Source: Verrucomicrobiia bacterium (GTDB lineage Bacteria; Verrucomicrobiota; Verrucomicrobiia; Limisphaerales; UBA1319). From it: 64,000 nt of DNA. The translations under genes and the position numbers were made by a program. Below the pieces are notes generated by a model. It saw only the letters and a program-made list of their open reading frames with translations. It had not been told where the DNA came from and ran no database searches. Positions 46,019 through 56,241 of the stretch are shown one piece after another; the stretch's first letter is position 1; every line of letters begins with the position of its first letter. The stretch spans positions 3,872,001 to 3,936,000 of the forward strand of contig OY760937.1 in assembly GCA_963664225.1 (NCBI GenBank). The letters run 5' to 3'.

Positions 46019-46303
46019 ATGAGTCAGGTCGTGCTCTGGATATACATTGTGTTGTTGGTGGTGGGCGGAGTGCTGGGCTACATGCTGGCCCGCAGCAAAG
46101 TGTCGATCATCATGGCCAGTGCGTTCGCGCTGGCTCTCGTGTTATGCGCGGAGCGTGTCATTCCGTTCGGCGTGAGCACCTGGCTGATGGTGGCGTTGCT
46201 GGTGGTGTTCGGGATTCGCCTGGCGAGCACGCGGCGGTTTATGCCCTCGGGTTTGATGCTGGTCATCACGGTGGTGGCGCTGGGACTGATTAGTTTTTTG
46301 TGA
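46019..46303 (+). CDS. TMEM14 family membrane protein
   Basis: 'Y..LL.VGG..GY..A.S.VS', 'R...T..FMPSG'. Confidence 0.8.
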   Translation: MSQVVLWIYIVLLVVGGVLGYMLARSKVSIIMASAFALALVLCAERVIPFGVSTWLMVALLVVFGIRLASTRRFMPSGLMLVITVVALGLISFL

Positions 46304-46340
46304 ACGGCACCCGTTCCGGGCGGATGCCAACCCTTGCAAT

Positions 46341-47387
46341 ATGAAGGAGCGCATTCGTCAATTGGCCCTCGAATTGGGCTTCGATGCATGCCGGTTCACA
46401 ACGGCTTTACCCCCTTCTTCCGCGCCGGCTTTCCAGAACTGGCTCGATGCCGGTTATCATGGATCCATGGAGTATCTGGCCCGCAATGCCCCCAAAAGGA
46501 AGAATCCGGCGCTGGTCTTGGCTGAGGCCAGGAGCGTGATTGTTCTGGCGGCCAGTTATTATTTGGAGGAGGCAGCGGCTAACGATACGCAGATCGATGC
46601 CAGGAATAATGCGAGCAAGGGAGTGGTCGCGCGGTATGCGCGTTTCAACGATTATCACGAGGTGTTGGGGGCGAAGTTGAAGAGGCTGTGCGAGTGGATT
46701 GATGGGAACGGGTCGGCGGGTGGGCGATCGCTTTGGTACGTGGATACGGGACCGGTGCTGGAGCGGGATCTTGCGCAGCGGGCGGGGTTGGGATTCATCG
46801 GCAAGCACAGCAATCTGATCAGCCGACAGTGGGGGAATTGGATTTTTCTGGCAGAGATACTGACGCCGCTGGAATTGGAACCGGACGCGCCGGAGAAGAA
46901 CCATTGCGGCCAATGCACGCGGTGCATCACGGCCTGCCCCACGCAGGCGATTCGGGCGCCGTTCACGCTGGACGCCCGGCGGTGCATTGCTTATCTGACG
47001 ATTGAACACAAGGGGAACATTCCACTGGAATGGCGGACGGCGATTGGAAACCGGATATTCGGTTGCGACGATTGTCTGGAGGCGTGTCCATGGAACCGAT
47101 TCGCGCAGGCGGGTCGGACGATGAAGGGGCAGGAGCGCGGCGGTTTGGCGGAGCCGGATTTGCTCGAGTTACTGGGACTGGACGAGGCGGGTTTTCGGGA
47201 GCGATTTGAGGGAACGCCGGTGCTGAGGCTGAAACGGGCGCGGCTGCGTCGCAACGTCTGTGTGGCGTTGGGGAACACGGGCGGTCGGGAGGCGATTCCT
47301 GACTTGGAAAGGGCGGCGGGGGATGCGGATGCCATGGTGGCGGAACACGCGGCCTGGGCGGTGGAACAGGTCCGAAAACGAGGGTGA
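46341..47387 (+). CDS. queG: tRNA epoxyqueuosine(34) reductase
   Basis: 'VARYA..DYH', 'VDTGPVLER', 'CGQCTRCITACPT', 'CIAYLTIE', 'GCDDCLEACPWN'. Confidence 0.95.
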   Translation: MKERIRQLALELGFDACRFTTALPPSSAPAFQNWLDAGYHGSMEYLARNAPKRKNPALVLAEARSVIVLAASYYLEEAAANDTQIDARNNASKGVVARYARFNDYHEVLGAKLKRLCEWIDGNGSAGGRSLWYVDTGPVLERDLAQRAGLGFIGKHSNLISRQWGNWIFLAEILTPLELEPDAPEKNHCGQCTRCITACPTQAIRAPFTLDARRCIAYLTIEHKGNIPLEWRTAIGNRIFGCDDCLEACPWNRFAQAGRTMKGQERGGLAEPDLLELLGLDEAGFRERFEGTPVLRLKRARLRRNVCVALGNTGGREAIPDLERAAGDADAMVAEHAAWAVEQVRKRG

Positions 47388-47443
47388 GAGCGGTGGGCAA
47401 ATGAGTCTATCGTTAATGCAATAATTGTCGTCAAATCTCCGTA

Positions 47444-48694
47444 ATGAGTGCCACGATCAACACTACATCCGTTCCGCAGGCGGTGCTGGTGATTTTCGCG
47501 CTTACCTACCTTGGCATCGCGGCGGGACGCGTGCCGGGTTTGAAACTCGATCGCACGGGCATTGCCATGTTGGGTGCGATTGCGATGATGATTTTCGGCG
47601 GCCTGCAGACGACCGAGGTCATCAACAGCATCAACTGGCCCACCATCCTGCTGTTGTTCGGTTTCTTTGTGCTGTCGGCCCAACTGCGGTTGTCCGGATT
47701 TTTCGACGCGGTGGCGAACCAGATTGCCCGCCAACTTGGAAATCCGGCCCGGTTTTTGTTGCTCCTGATGCTGGCCACGGCGGGACTTTCCGCATTTCTG
47801 AACCACGATATTGTGTGCTTCGTCTTCGCGCCCATTGTCGGGGCGGCGCTGTTGAGGCGACAGCTTAATCCCGTTCCCTTCCTGATCGCGCTGGCCATCG
47901 CCAGCAACATCGGCGCGGCCGGCACCCTTGTGGGGAATCCGCAGGATATGATGATCGCACAGATTGCCGGGCTGGAGTTCGGGCTTTACGCGCTCTGGTG
48001 CATCGTGCCGGTGCTGTTCGCGCTCGGTTGCGCCTACGGGATCATCTGGCGGCTGTCGCGAAGTTGCCTTGTTGCCAATGTGCAATTGGCGTCCGCCCCA
48101 ACTGTAAGCCAGCCTGCGTTTGACCGGACGCATACCATCAAGGGGTTGGTCATCCTCGTCGTCGTCATCGGACTGTTTTTCACGCCGCTGCCCAAGGAGC
48201 TTGTCGCGTTGACGGCAGCAGCCATACACCTGGCCAGCCCCAAGTTTCACACCTCCGACCTGCTCAGGCTTGTGGACTGGCCGATACTGGTGCTGTTCAT
48301 GGCCCTATTCGTGGTGACGGGCGCGTTTCAATCCACTGGTTACGGCGGACAGGCCGTGGAATGGCTGGCGCGCGGCGGGTTGCATCTGCAATCGCTGCCA
48401 ACCCTGACGGCGGTCACGGCCGTGATGTCCAATTTGATTGGCAACTCCGCCACTGTGTTGCTGCTCATGAAGGTGGCGAATGTCGCGCAACCTCCGGCGG
48501 CGTACGTGCTGGCCCTTGCCAACAGTTTCGGCGGAAGCCTCATCATCATTGGAAGCGTCTCCAACATCATCGTGGTTCAGCAGGCGCGCGAATTGGGCAT
48601 CCACATCTCGTTTCGCGATTTCGCCCGTCTCGGTGTTCCCGTGACGCTGGCGGCGCTGGCGGGACTGGTCGGTTGGGTGATGCTGATGACTTGA
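47444..48694 (+). CDS. ArsB/NhaD/CitMHS-type anion permease (YbiR-like)
   Basis: 'LDRTGIAMLGA', 'ASNIGAAGTLVGNPQ', 'IGSVSNIIV'; multi-TM. Confidence 0.85.
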   Translation: MSATINTTSVPQAVLVIFALTYLGIAAGRVPGLKLDRTGIAMLGAIAMMIFGGLQTTEVINSINWPTILLLFGFFVLSAQLRLSGFFDAVANQIARQLGNPARFLLLLMLATAGLSAFLNHDIVCFVFAPIVGAALLRRQLNPVPFLIALAIASNIGAAGTLVGNPQDMMIAQIAGLEFGLYALWCIVPVLFALGCAYGIIWRLSRSCLVANVQLASAPTVSQPAFDRTHTIKGLVILVVVIGLFFTPLPKELVALTAAAIHLASPKFHTSDLLRLVDWPILVLFMALFVVTGAFQSTGYGGQAVEWLARGGLHLQSLPTLTAVTAVMSNLIGNSATVLLLMKVANVAQPPAAYVLALANSFGGSLIIIGSVSNIIVVQQARELGIHISFRDFARLGVPVTLAALAGLVGWVMLMT

Positions 48695-49002
48695 GTGGAA
48701 TTACAAATGACGACGGCCAGCCTCATTTCCAGAAACCCAACTGAAATCATACGGCCAACCGCACCGTGAGAAACGATGCCATCCCATGCAAAAGCGTCAG
48801 CCGTGGTATGGAACGGTGGCTTTTTTTGGTTTTGACTTTGGAGGGGTGGGGCATTGAAATGGTTGGGTTCACAGTTGTTTGAATTGAACGACCTGGTTTA
48901 TAGTCTATGAACATATGCCGGGAATAAGACGGTGCAAAGGCCGGGGGTATTGTCACCCGCCGATCCGCGTTCACGGCAAGCAAAACTCAGAAGGAGAATA
49001 CC

Positions 49003-50073
49003 ATGACGTATTTGAAAAAGTATATTCGTTGCGGCCTGGGCATCGCCGCCCTGTCGCTCCTGGTCAACGCCAATTCGTTTGGCGCCGAACGCATTCCCGC
49101 GGAATATCGCACGGGCGGTTTCGCGATTGGCTGCCAGGCCTATTCGTTCAACCGCTTCACCGTTTTCGAAGCCATCGAAAAAACGGCTGAAACGGGCGGC
49201 AAAGTAATCGAGTTCTTTCCGGGCCAGAAATTGAGCAAGGAAGAGGCGACGGTGGTTTTCGATCACAACGCCTCGGATGCGACGCTGCAGAAGGTCAAAG
49301 ACAAGCTCAAGAAACACGGCATCATGGCGGTCAATTACGGCGTCGTGGGCATGCCCAATAACGAGGCCGAGTGCCGCAAGGTGTTCGAGTTTGCGAAGAA
49401 GATGGGGCTTCAGGCTGTGACGACGGAGCCGGACATGGAGACGATGGACCTGTTGGAAAAACTGGTGAAGGAATACGACATCAAGGTCGGCATTCATAAT
49501 CATCCGAAGCAGGACAATAATCCCAATTGCAAGGTATGGGACCCGAACTATGTGCTGTCGATGGTCAAGGGTCGCGATGCGCGCCTGGGATCCGCGGCGG
49601 ACACCGGTCACTGGACCCGTTCCGGCATCAAGCCGGTGGATGCGTTGCGGATTCTCCAGGGCCACATCATCAGCAGCCATTTGAAGGACCTCAATAAATT
49701 CGGCGGTGACGCACACGATGTGCCCTATGGCACGGGAGTGTCGGACATTCGCGGCGTTTTGACTGAGCTGCATCGACAGGGTTTCGAAGGCAACGTCTCG
49801 CTCGAATACGAGTATAACTGGGATAATTCGGTGCCTGAGATCGCGCAATGCATTGGGTATGTGCGCGGATTTTCCGATGGCAGCCCGTTCATGCGCCAAC
49901 GCAGTCCCGGTCCGCGGCCCGCCGGGATGAGTCCTGAGATGATGAAGCGCTACGGTATGACACCGGGGACAAACAATATGAGTCCCGAGATGATGAAGCG
50001 CTATGGTTTGACGCCGGCGGCAACCAATGCCGTCAAGCCTGCGGTGACCACCAAACCGGCTGAGACGAAGTAA
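49003..50073 (+). CDS. secreted sugar phosphate isomerase/epimerase (xylose isomerase-like TIM barrel)
   Basis: AGGAG SD; signal peptide; 'QAYSF', 'GIHNH', 'DTGHW', 'HLKD', 'SLEYE'. Confidence 0.85.
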   Translation: MTYLKKYIRCGLGIAALSLLVNANSFGAERIPAEYRTGGFAIGCQAYSFNRFTVFEAIEKTAETGGKVIEFFPGQKLSKEEATVVFDHNASDATLQKVKDKLKKHGIMAVNYGVVGMPNNEAECRKVFEFAKKMGLQAVTTEPDMETMDLLEKLVKEYDIKVGIHNHPKQDNNPNCKVWDPNYVLSMVKGRDARLGSAADTGHWTRSGIKPVDALRILQGHIISSHLKDLNKFGGDAHDVPYGTGVSDIRGVLTELHRQGFEGNVSLEYEYNWDNSVPEIAQCIGYVRGFSDGSPFMRQRSPGPRPAGMSPEMMKRYGMTPGTNNMSPEMMKRYGLTPAATNAVKPAVTTKPAETK

Positions 50074-50104
50074 CGGGATCGCCAGAGCGATAATGTTTTT
50101 AACG

Positions 50105-50131
50105 AGGGACGGTTCACGCCGTCCCTTTTTT
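50105..50131 (+). terminator. rho-independent terminator
   Basis: AGGGACGG-TTCACG-CCGTCCCT followed by TTTTT. Confidence 0.8.
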
Positions 50132-50279
50132 GTTGTACGGAGGGGAGGCGGAAGTTCACTCGAGATGCGCGGGGATTGAGAGACGAGGATTTTAACATGG
50201 ATAAGCAGGATTGAGAAGGTGCTGGAGTCTGAGGAGCATTTGCTTGCGAACGGGAGGTTTGAGGGGTAAAAGTTGAGTC

Positions 50280-50807
50280 ATGCAAATCCCATTGGTTATG
50301 ACGGTTATCGGGCAGGACCGGCCCGGTTTGGTGGACGCGGTGGCCCGCCTGGTGGTGGAGCATGGCGGCAACTGGCTGGAGAGCCGGATGTGCCAGTTGG
50401 GCGGGGAATTTGCGGGGATTTTGCGTGTAAGCGTTCCCGCGGATCAGGAGGCGGCGTTGGGCCGCGCGTTGGAACTGCTCAAGGCGCAGGGGTTGACTGT
50501 GGTGGCGCGCGCAAGCCGGGAGCCACAAGCGCCGGAGGCCCGTCGGCTGGCGCGGTTTGAGATTGTGGGTCAGGACCGCCCCGGCATCGTTCACAATATT
50601 TCCAGCGCGCTGGCCAGCCAGGGCGTGAATGTGGAGGAATTGAACACGGAATGTGTGAGCGCGCCGATGTCCGGCGAGACGCTATTCAAGGCCGAGGCCA
50701 AGGTTCATGTGCCGGCCTCGTGCGACATGGCGCGGCTGCGGGCGGATCTGGAAAAGATCGCCAGCGATCTGCTGGTGGATTTCACGTTCGAGGAAATTCC
50801 TTCTTAA
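50280..50807 (+). CDS. GcvR-like tandem ACT domain protein
   Basis: two 'G.DRPG(L/I)V' ACT repeats; 'GGNWLESRM', 'SAPMSGE'. Confidence 0.88.
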   Translation: MQIPLVMTVIGQDRPGLVDAVARLVVEHGGNWLESRMCQLGGEFAGILRVSVPADQEAALGRALELLKAQGLTVVARASREPQAPEARRLARFEIVGQDRPGIVHNISSALASQGVNVEELNTECVSAPMSGETLFKAEAKVHVPASCDMARLRADLEKIASDLLVDFTFEEIPS

Positions 50808-50810
50808 GAC

Positions 50811-51368
50811 TTGGACTTTCTGCGCATAGATTTGCCGCCGTGGTTGCTGGATTTCGCGCCTGAGACGGCGGAGTTCCCGGATGAAAACGCGAAGATGCGG
50901 CTGGCCATCGAGCTGTCGGCGGAAAATGTGCGGCGCAAAACGGGGGGGCCTTTTGGCGCGGCGATTTTTGAGAAGGAAACCGGGCTGCTGGCGGCGGTGG
51001 GCGTGAACAGTGTGGAGCGGTTGAATAATTCGGTGCTGCACGCGGAGGTCATGGCGATCATGCAGGCCCAGTCGCGGGCGCAGTCCTACAACCTGAACGC
51101 GCCGCAATTGCACACGCACGAATTATTCACGTCCTGCGAGCCGTGCGCGATGTGCCTGGGGGCGATTTTGTGGAGCGGAGTGCGACGGGTGGTGTGCGGT
51201 GCGGCCAAGGCGGATGCGGAGGCCATAGGATTTCACGAAGGCCCGGTGTTTCCGGAGTCGTATGCGTATCTGGAGGCTCGTGGCATCGAGATCGTTCGCA
51301 ACGTTCAGCGAGCCCGCGCGGTCAGCGTGTTCACGCAGTATCGAACTTCGGGCGGCGTGATTTATTGA
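50811..51368 (+). CDS. nucleoside/guanine deaminase (CDA superfamily)
   Basis: 'GGPFGAAI', HAE, 'CEPCAMC'; TTG start uncertain. Confidence 0.88.
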   Translation: MDFLRIDLPPWLLDFAPETAEFPDENAKMRLAIELSAENVRRKTGGPFGAAIFEKETGLLAAVGVNSVERLNNSVLHAEVMAIMQAQSRAQSYNLNAPQLHTHELFTSCEPCAMCLGAILWSGVRRVVCGAAKADAEAIGFHEGPVFPESYAYLEARGIEIVRNVQRARAVSVFTQYRTSGGVIY

Positions 51369-51487
51369 GGGTGGCAAGAAGGGGACATTCAAGAGGCGAG
51401 ACGCCTGGGTACGATTTTCAACACCGCTTTTCCGATTGAAAAAATATGGGGGCCAGCCATCATGCGGGCATAGCCTTTATTGAACTT

Positions 51488-52615
51488 ATGAATAATAACG
51501 AATCAACAGACCGCGGGATTTTCGGTCGCCGTGCGTTTATTAAAACCGCGGCTTTGGCCGGTGCCGCAGCGGCCATTCTGCCCGCTGGAATCCTGAATGC
51601 CCAGGAGACGAAGAAGACGATCACCATTGCGCTGGTTGGATGCGCGCACATTCACACGCCGAGCTTTGTGGGGTTGATCAAATCGCGCAAAGACATCCGA
51701 GTAAAAGCGGTTTGGGATCATGACGAGGCCCGGGCCGCCAAGCGCGCCGGTGAACTCAATGCCCCGGTGGTTAAAAACGTGGCGGACATCTGGAGCGATC
51801 CCGAAATTCAGGCGGTGGTGATTTGTTCGGAAACCAACCTGCACAAGGATTTGGTGACGGCGGCCGCGAAGGCGGGCAAGCACATGTTTGCGGAAAAGCC
51901 GATGGGCGTTAATGCCAGGGACAGTTGGGCGATGGCCAAGGCGATCGAACAGGCCAATGTGCTTTTCACCACGGGCTATTTCATGCGCACGGATACGAAG
52001 CACCTTTTCCTCAAGGACGAGATTGCGAAGGGGAACTTCGGCAAGATCACGCGCATTCAAGGCTCGAATTGTCACAGTGGTTCGTTAGGCGGATGGTTCG
52101 ACACGGAATGGCGCTGGATGGCGGATCCCAAAATCGCGGGTGTGGGCGGTTTCGGCGATTTGGGCACTCATTCCCTGGACATCATGATGTGGATGATGGG
52201 GGATGTGGAACGGGCGACGGCGGACATCAAGGTGGTGACGGGGCGTTATGGCGAATGCGATGAAACGGGCTGCGGATTGATCAAGTTCAAGAATGGCGTG
52301 ACTGGAACACTGGTTGCGGGCTGGGTGGATATCGCCGATCCGGTGACGTTGATGATCAGCGGGACCGAAGGTCATGCGGCGATCATCAAGGGGGAACTTT
52401 ATTATCAATCCAAGAAGGTCAAGGGCGCGGATGGCAAGGAGCCCTGGGATGATCTTCCGAAGGCACCCCGGGCGCCGATGCATCAGTTCTTCGATGCCAT
52501 TGGCGGCCAGAAGGGTCTGCCGCTGGTGACCCCGCATGAAGCCGCGGCGCGCGTGAGCGTGATGGAGTCCATGTACAAGGGAAATCGCAAGCACACCTGG
52601 TGCGTTCCCGCGTAA
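51488..52615 (+). CDS. Gfo/Idh/MocA oxidoreductase with Tat signal
   Basis: 'GRRAFIK'; 'AGKHMFAEKP'; 'GGFGDLGTH'. Confidence 0.9.
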   Translation: MNNNESTDRGIFGRRAFIKTAALAGAAAAILPAGILNAQETKKTITIALVGCAHIHTPSFVGLIKSRKDIRVKAVWDHDEARAAKRAGELNAPVVKNVADIWSDPEIQAVVICSETNLHKDLVTAAAKAGKHMFAEKPMGVNARDSWAMAKAIEQANVLFTTGYFMRTDTKHLFLKDEIAKGNFGKITRIQGSNCHSGSLGGWFDTEWRWMADPKIAGVGGFGDLGTHSLDIMMWMMGDVERATADIKVVTGRYGECDETGCGLIKFKNGVTGTLVAGWVDIADPVTLMISGTEGHAAIIKGELYYQSKKVKGADGKEPWDDLPKAPRAPMHQFFDAIGGQKGLPLVTPHEAAARVSVMESMYKGNRKHTWCVPA

Positions 52616-52645
52616 GAATCGGCTTAATTAGTTTTGCAGTGCACA

Positions 52646-52673
52646 GACGCGTCTTGGGGCGCGTCTTTTTATT
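52646..52673 (+). terminator. rho-independent terminator
   Basis: AGACGCG...CGCGTCT followed by TTTTATT. Confidence 0.7.
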
Positions 52674-52846
52674 GTATCTGAGGTGGAAAGAGAGGGCGGA
52701 TTGGAAGCATTGCAACCAGTTGGGGTTAAGCTGAATAAGTTCAATCAATGGGCCTCTGGAGGTGGTCTGAATTCAAAATAAACTGGTGTTGAATCGGGGC
52801 TTCCCTCAAAATCCCCGCCTGTGAACCTGGGCAAAGCCCACATGCA

Positions 52847-53083
52847 ATGAAAGCAAAGATAATCATTACACCGAAGAAGGCCGTGGTGGACCCGCAGGGC
52901 AAGGCCGTTCAAAACGCCTTGTTGAACATGGGTTGTCAGGGTATCGGGGCGGTACATGTCGGCAAGTATCTGGAGATCGAAGTGAGCGGGGCACCCGAGG
53001 CGGCGCGACGCACGATCGACGAGGCTTGTCATAAAATTTTGAGCAATCCGGTGATCGAAGATTACCATTTCACGCTGGAATAA
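52847..53083 (+). CDS. purS: FGAM synthase subunit PurS
   Basis: 'VVDPQGKAV', 'VGKYLE', 'LSNPVIEDY'. Confidence 0.95.
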   Translation: MKAKIIITPKKAVVDPQGKAVQNALLNMGCQGIGAVHVGKYLEIEVSGAPEAARRTIDEACHKILSNPVIEDYHFTLE

Positions 53084-53797
53084 ATGAATTTCGCGGTCCT
53101 TCAATTTCCGGGGAGCAATTGCGACCAGGATTGTGTGCATGTGCTTCATAATGTGATGGGTTACAGCGCGCGGTTGCTGTGGCACAAAGAGACTTCCCTG
53201 GGGGATGTGGATGCGGTGCTGGTGCCCGGAGGATTCAGCTACGGGGATTATTTGCGCACGGGGGCCATTGCGCGGTTCAGCCCGGTGATGAAGGCGGTGC
53301 AGGGGTTTGCGGCGCAAGGCGGACTGATTCTGGGGATTTGCAATGGGTTTCAGATCCTTTGCGAGGCGGGGTTGTTGCCCGGGGCATTGGTCCGGAACCG
53401 TTCGCTGCAATTTCGCTGCGAGCATGTGTTTTTGAAGACGGCGACGCGGCATTCTCCCTTTACGAGCCACGTTCCAGAGGGCCAATTGCTGCGGATACCG
53501 GTGGCGCATGGGGATGGCGGATTCTTTGCGGACGCGGCCACGCTTCAAACGATGAAGCAGAAGGATCAGGTGCTCTGGTATTATGCGGATGCGCAGGGCC
53601 AGACCACGACGGAAGCCAATCCGAACGGATCGTTGGAGAATATCGCAGGGGTGTGCAACGAGGCGCGGAATGTGGCGGGTTTGATGCCGCATCCCGAGCG
53701 GGCCAGTGAAAGCATTCTGGGCTGCACGGATGGCCTGCGGATATTCGAGAGCATGGTCGATTTTCTCCAAAAAAAGCCCCGGGCCAAAGCGGCTTGA
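53084..53797 (+). CDS. purQ: FGAM synthase glutaminase subunit PurQ
   Basis: 'FPGSNCD', 'PGGFSYGDYLR', 'GICNGFQ', 'MPHPER'. Confidence 0.97.
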   Translation: MNFAVLQFPGSNCDQDCVHVLHNVMGYSARLLWHKETSLGDVDAVLVPGGFSYGDYLRTGAIARFSPVMKAVQGFAAQGGLILGICNGFQILCEAGLLPGALVRNRSLQFRCEHVFLKTATRHSPFTSHVPEGQLLRIPVAHGDGGFFADAATLQTMKQKDQVLWYYADAQGQTTTEANPNGSLENIAGVCNEARNVAGLMPHPERASESILGCTDGLRIFESMVDFLQKKPRAKAA

Positions 53798-53902
53798 GTT
53801 GGGTTTCGATGGTGGGAAACCACCAGACCGGTCACGGTTTGCCCGTTAATTTAAAGAAATCAGGCGCGGCAGCAGCCAATTTAACTTAATAATTTCGATA
53901 CG

Positions 53903-56212
53903 ATGAACGATCCCGAGATCACGCCGGAGTTAGTCAAAAAGCACGGGCTTACGCCCGATGAATTTGAGCGCATCAAGGCCATTCTGGGCCGGACTCCGAA
54001 TTATACCGAGCTGGGTATTTTTTCGGTGATGTGGAGCGAGCACTGCTCTTACAAGAGCACACGGCCGTTGCTGAAGGGATTTCCGACCAAATCGCCACGG
54101 ATTCTGGTCGCGGCAGGGGAAGAGAACGCTGGGATTATCGATATCGGTGGCGGATTGGCGATCGCATTCAAGATCGAGTCTCATAACCATCCCAGCGCAG
54201 TGGAACCATTTCAGGGGGCGGCGACGGGGGTGGGGGGGATCATACGGGATATTTTTACGATGGGGGCACGGCCGATTTGTGCGATTAACTCGTTGCGGTT
54301 CGGGGAGTTAAGTTCGCCGGACGTGCGAAGACTGTTTAGCGGGGTGGTGGCGGGCATCGCGCATTACGGAAATTGTTTTGGAATTCCGACGATTGCGGGC
54401 GAGGTTTATTTCGACGCGTCCTACGAGGGAAATCCTCTCGTTAACGCATTCTGCCTTGGAGTGTTACGTCACGATCAGATCGCAAGGGGGGCGGCCAAGG
54501 GGGTGGGCAATCCGGTGTTCTATGTGGGGCCGGCGACGGGGCGGGATGGGTTGGCCGGGGCGGCATTTGCTTCACAGGATTTAACGGAGGAATCTGCTGA
54601 ACATCAGCGCGGTGCGGTGCAAGTGGGCGATCCTTTCATGGAGAAGTTGGTGATGGAGGCGTGCATTGAATTGCTGGCGACGGATGCGGTGGCCGGGATT
54701 CAGGACATGGGGGCGGCGGGTTTGACCTGTTCGACGTGCGAGACGGCGGCGCGGGCGGGCACGGGCATCGAGATCGATTTAAGCAAGGTGCCGCAGCGTG
54801 GCGCGAACATGTCCACTTACGAGATCATGCTCAGCGAGTCGCAGGAGCGGATGTTGATCATCGTCAAAAAAGGGCGCGAAGCGGAGGTTCAGCGGATATT
54901 CGACAAATGGGATTTGCCCTGGGCGGAGATCGGCCATGTGACGGATACGGGGCGGATGGTGGTGCGCAATCACGGGGCGATGGTGGCGGACATTCCGGCA
55001 CGACAAATTGCGGATGAATCGCCGATTTACCAGCGGGCTTACAAGGAACCGGCTTATTTGAGCGAGGTGGCCAAATTCACGCTGGACCAGGTGGCGGATA
55101 CGAAGACGCCGGTGGCCGTGCTGGAGAGTTTGATGGCCTGGCCATCGATTGCCTCGAAGAATTGGGTGTATCGCCAGTATGACCACATGGTGCGGGACGG
55201 TTCGGTGGTGTGCCCGGGTTCCGATGCGGCCGTGGTGCGAATCAAGGGGGATTCCCTGCCGCTGGCGGCCGGGGAGACGGTGCCGCCGCAGATTCCGGAC
55301 CGTTACATTGCCATGAGCGTGGATTGTAACGCGTTCTACGTGTATCTGGATCCGAAGGAAGGCAGCAAAATAGCGGTGGCGGAGTGTGCGCGCAATCTGG
55401 CGTGTTCCGGTGCCGTGCCGTTGGGGGTGACGGACAATTTGAATTTCGGCAGTCCGATGAATCCGGAGATTTTCTGGCAGTTGCGCAAGTCGGTCGAAGG
55501 ACTGGCGGAGGCCTGCCGGTTTTTCGATACGCCGGTCACGGGCGGGAATGTGAGCCTTTACAATCAGAATCCGAGTGGGGCGATCGATCCGACGCCGACG
55601 GTGGCGATGGTGGGTTTGATCGAGGATCGGGCGCACATCACGACGCAGTGGTTCAAGGAGGAGGGCGATGTGGTGATCCTGTTGAACGACGCGGTGGATG
55701 CGCAGGATGCGCTGGGCGGGTTGGGAGGTTCGGCCTATTTGTTCACGGCGCATGGATTGAAGACGGGCAAGCCGCCGCGTTGCGACATGCCCAGGGAGAA
55801 GGCGGTGCATGACACGGTGCGGGCGTTGATCCGGGCTGGCTGGGTGCGCAGCGCGCATGATTGCAGCGAGGGCGGGCTGGCAGTGGCGCTGGCGGAGTCG
55901 TGTCTGTCCCATCAAACGGCGCGCAACACACCGTTGTTGGTGGGCGCGAAGGTGGATTTGAGCGGGTGGGATGCGAGCCGTCTGGACGCCTTGTTGTTCG
56001 GCGAGGCGCAAGGGCGTATTGTGATTTCAGTGGCAAAGAAAAATGTCGATCAGGTGCTGGCCAAGGCGCGCGAGATGGGAGTGCCGGCAACGCGGCTGGG
56101 CGAAACGGGCGGGACGGCGCTGGAAATAAAGGCCAAAGGCCAAACGTATTCATGGAGCCTTGGCCGGTTGCATGGGTTATGGTGGAATGCGATCGCGAAC
56201 GCGATGAAATAA
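53903..56212 (+). CDS. purL: FGAM synthase subunit PurL
   Basis: '[10 protein letters not shown]', 'ESHNHPS', 'QDMGAAG', 'SESQERM', 'GGNVSLYN', 'HDCSEGG'. Confidence 0.97.
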   Translation: MNDPEITPELVKKHGLTPDEFERIKAILGRTPNYTELGIFSVMWSEHCSYKSTRPLLKGFPTKSPRILVAAGEENAGIIDIGGGLAIAFKIESHNHPSAVEPFQGAATGVGGIIRDIFTMGARPICAINSLRFGELSSPDVRRLFSGVVAGIAHYGNCFGIPTIAGEVYFDASYEGNPLVNAFCLGVLRHDQIARGAAKGVGNPVFYVGPATGRDGLAGAAFASQDLTEESAEHQRGAVQVGDPFMEKLVMEACIELLATDAVAGIQDMGAAGLTCSTCETAARAGTGIEIDLSKVPQRGANMSTYEIMLSESQERMLIIVKKGREAEVQRIFDKWDLPWAEIGHVTDTGRMVVRNHGAMVADIPARQIADESPIYQRAYKEPAYLSEVAKFTLDQVADTKTPVAVLESLMAWPSIASKNWVYRQYDHMVRDGSVVCPGSDAAVVRIKGDSLPLAAGETVPPQIPDRYIAMSVDCNAFYVYLDPKEGSKIAVAECARNLACSGAVPLGVTDNLNFGSPMNPEIFWQLRKSVEGLAEACRFFDTPVTGGNVSLYNQNPSGAIDPTPTVAMVGLIEDRAHITTQWFKEEGDVVILLNDAVDAQDALGGLGGSAYLFTAHGLKTGKPPRCDMPREKAVHDTVRALIRAGWVRSAHDCSEGGLAVALAESCLSHQTARNTPLLVGAKVDLSGWDASRLDALLFGEAQGRIVISVAKKNVDQVLAKAREMGVPATRLGETGGTALEIKAKGQTYSWSLGRLHGLWWNAIANAMK

Positions 56213-56241
56213 CCCGGCTCGAAAAGTTTTTCCTCATACAC

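Noticed and set aside
53798..53860. ZMP/ZTP riboswitch near the pur genes (GGTGG-GAAA-CCACC hairpin; also CCTGGGC before purS)
   Set aside because: It lacks the GACTGGCG, GGGGAGC and CGCCTGGGC elements in the required order, so it is treated as a simple GNRA hairpin.
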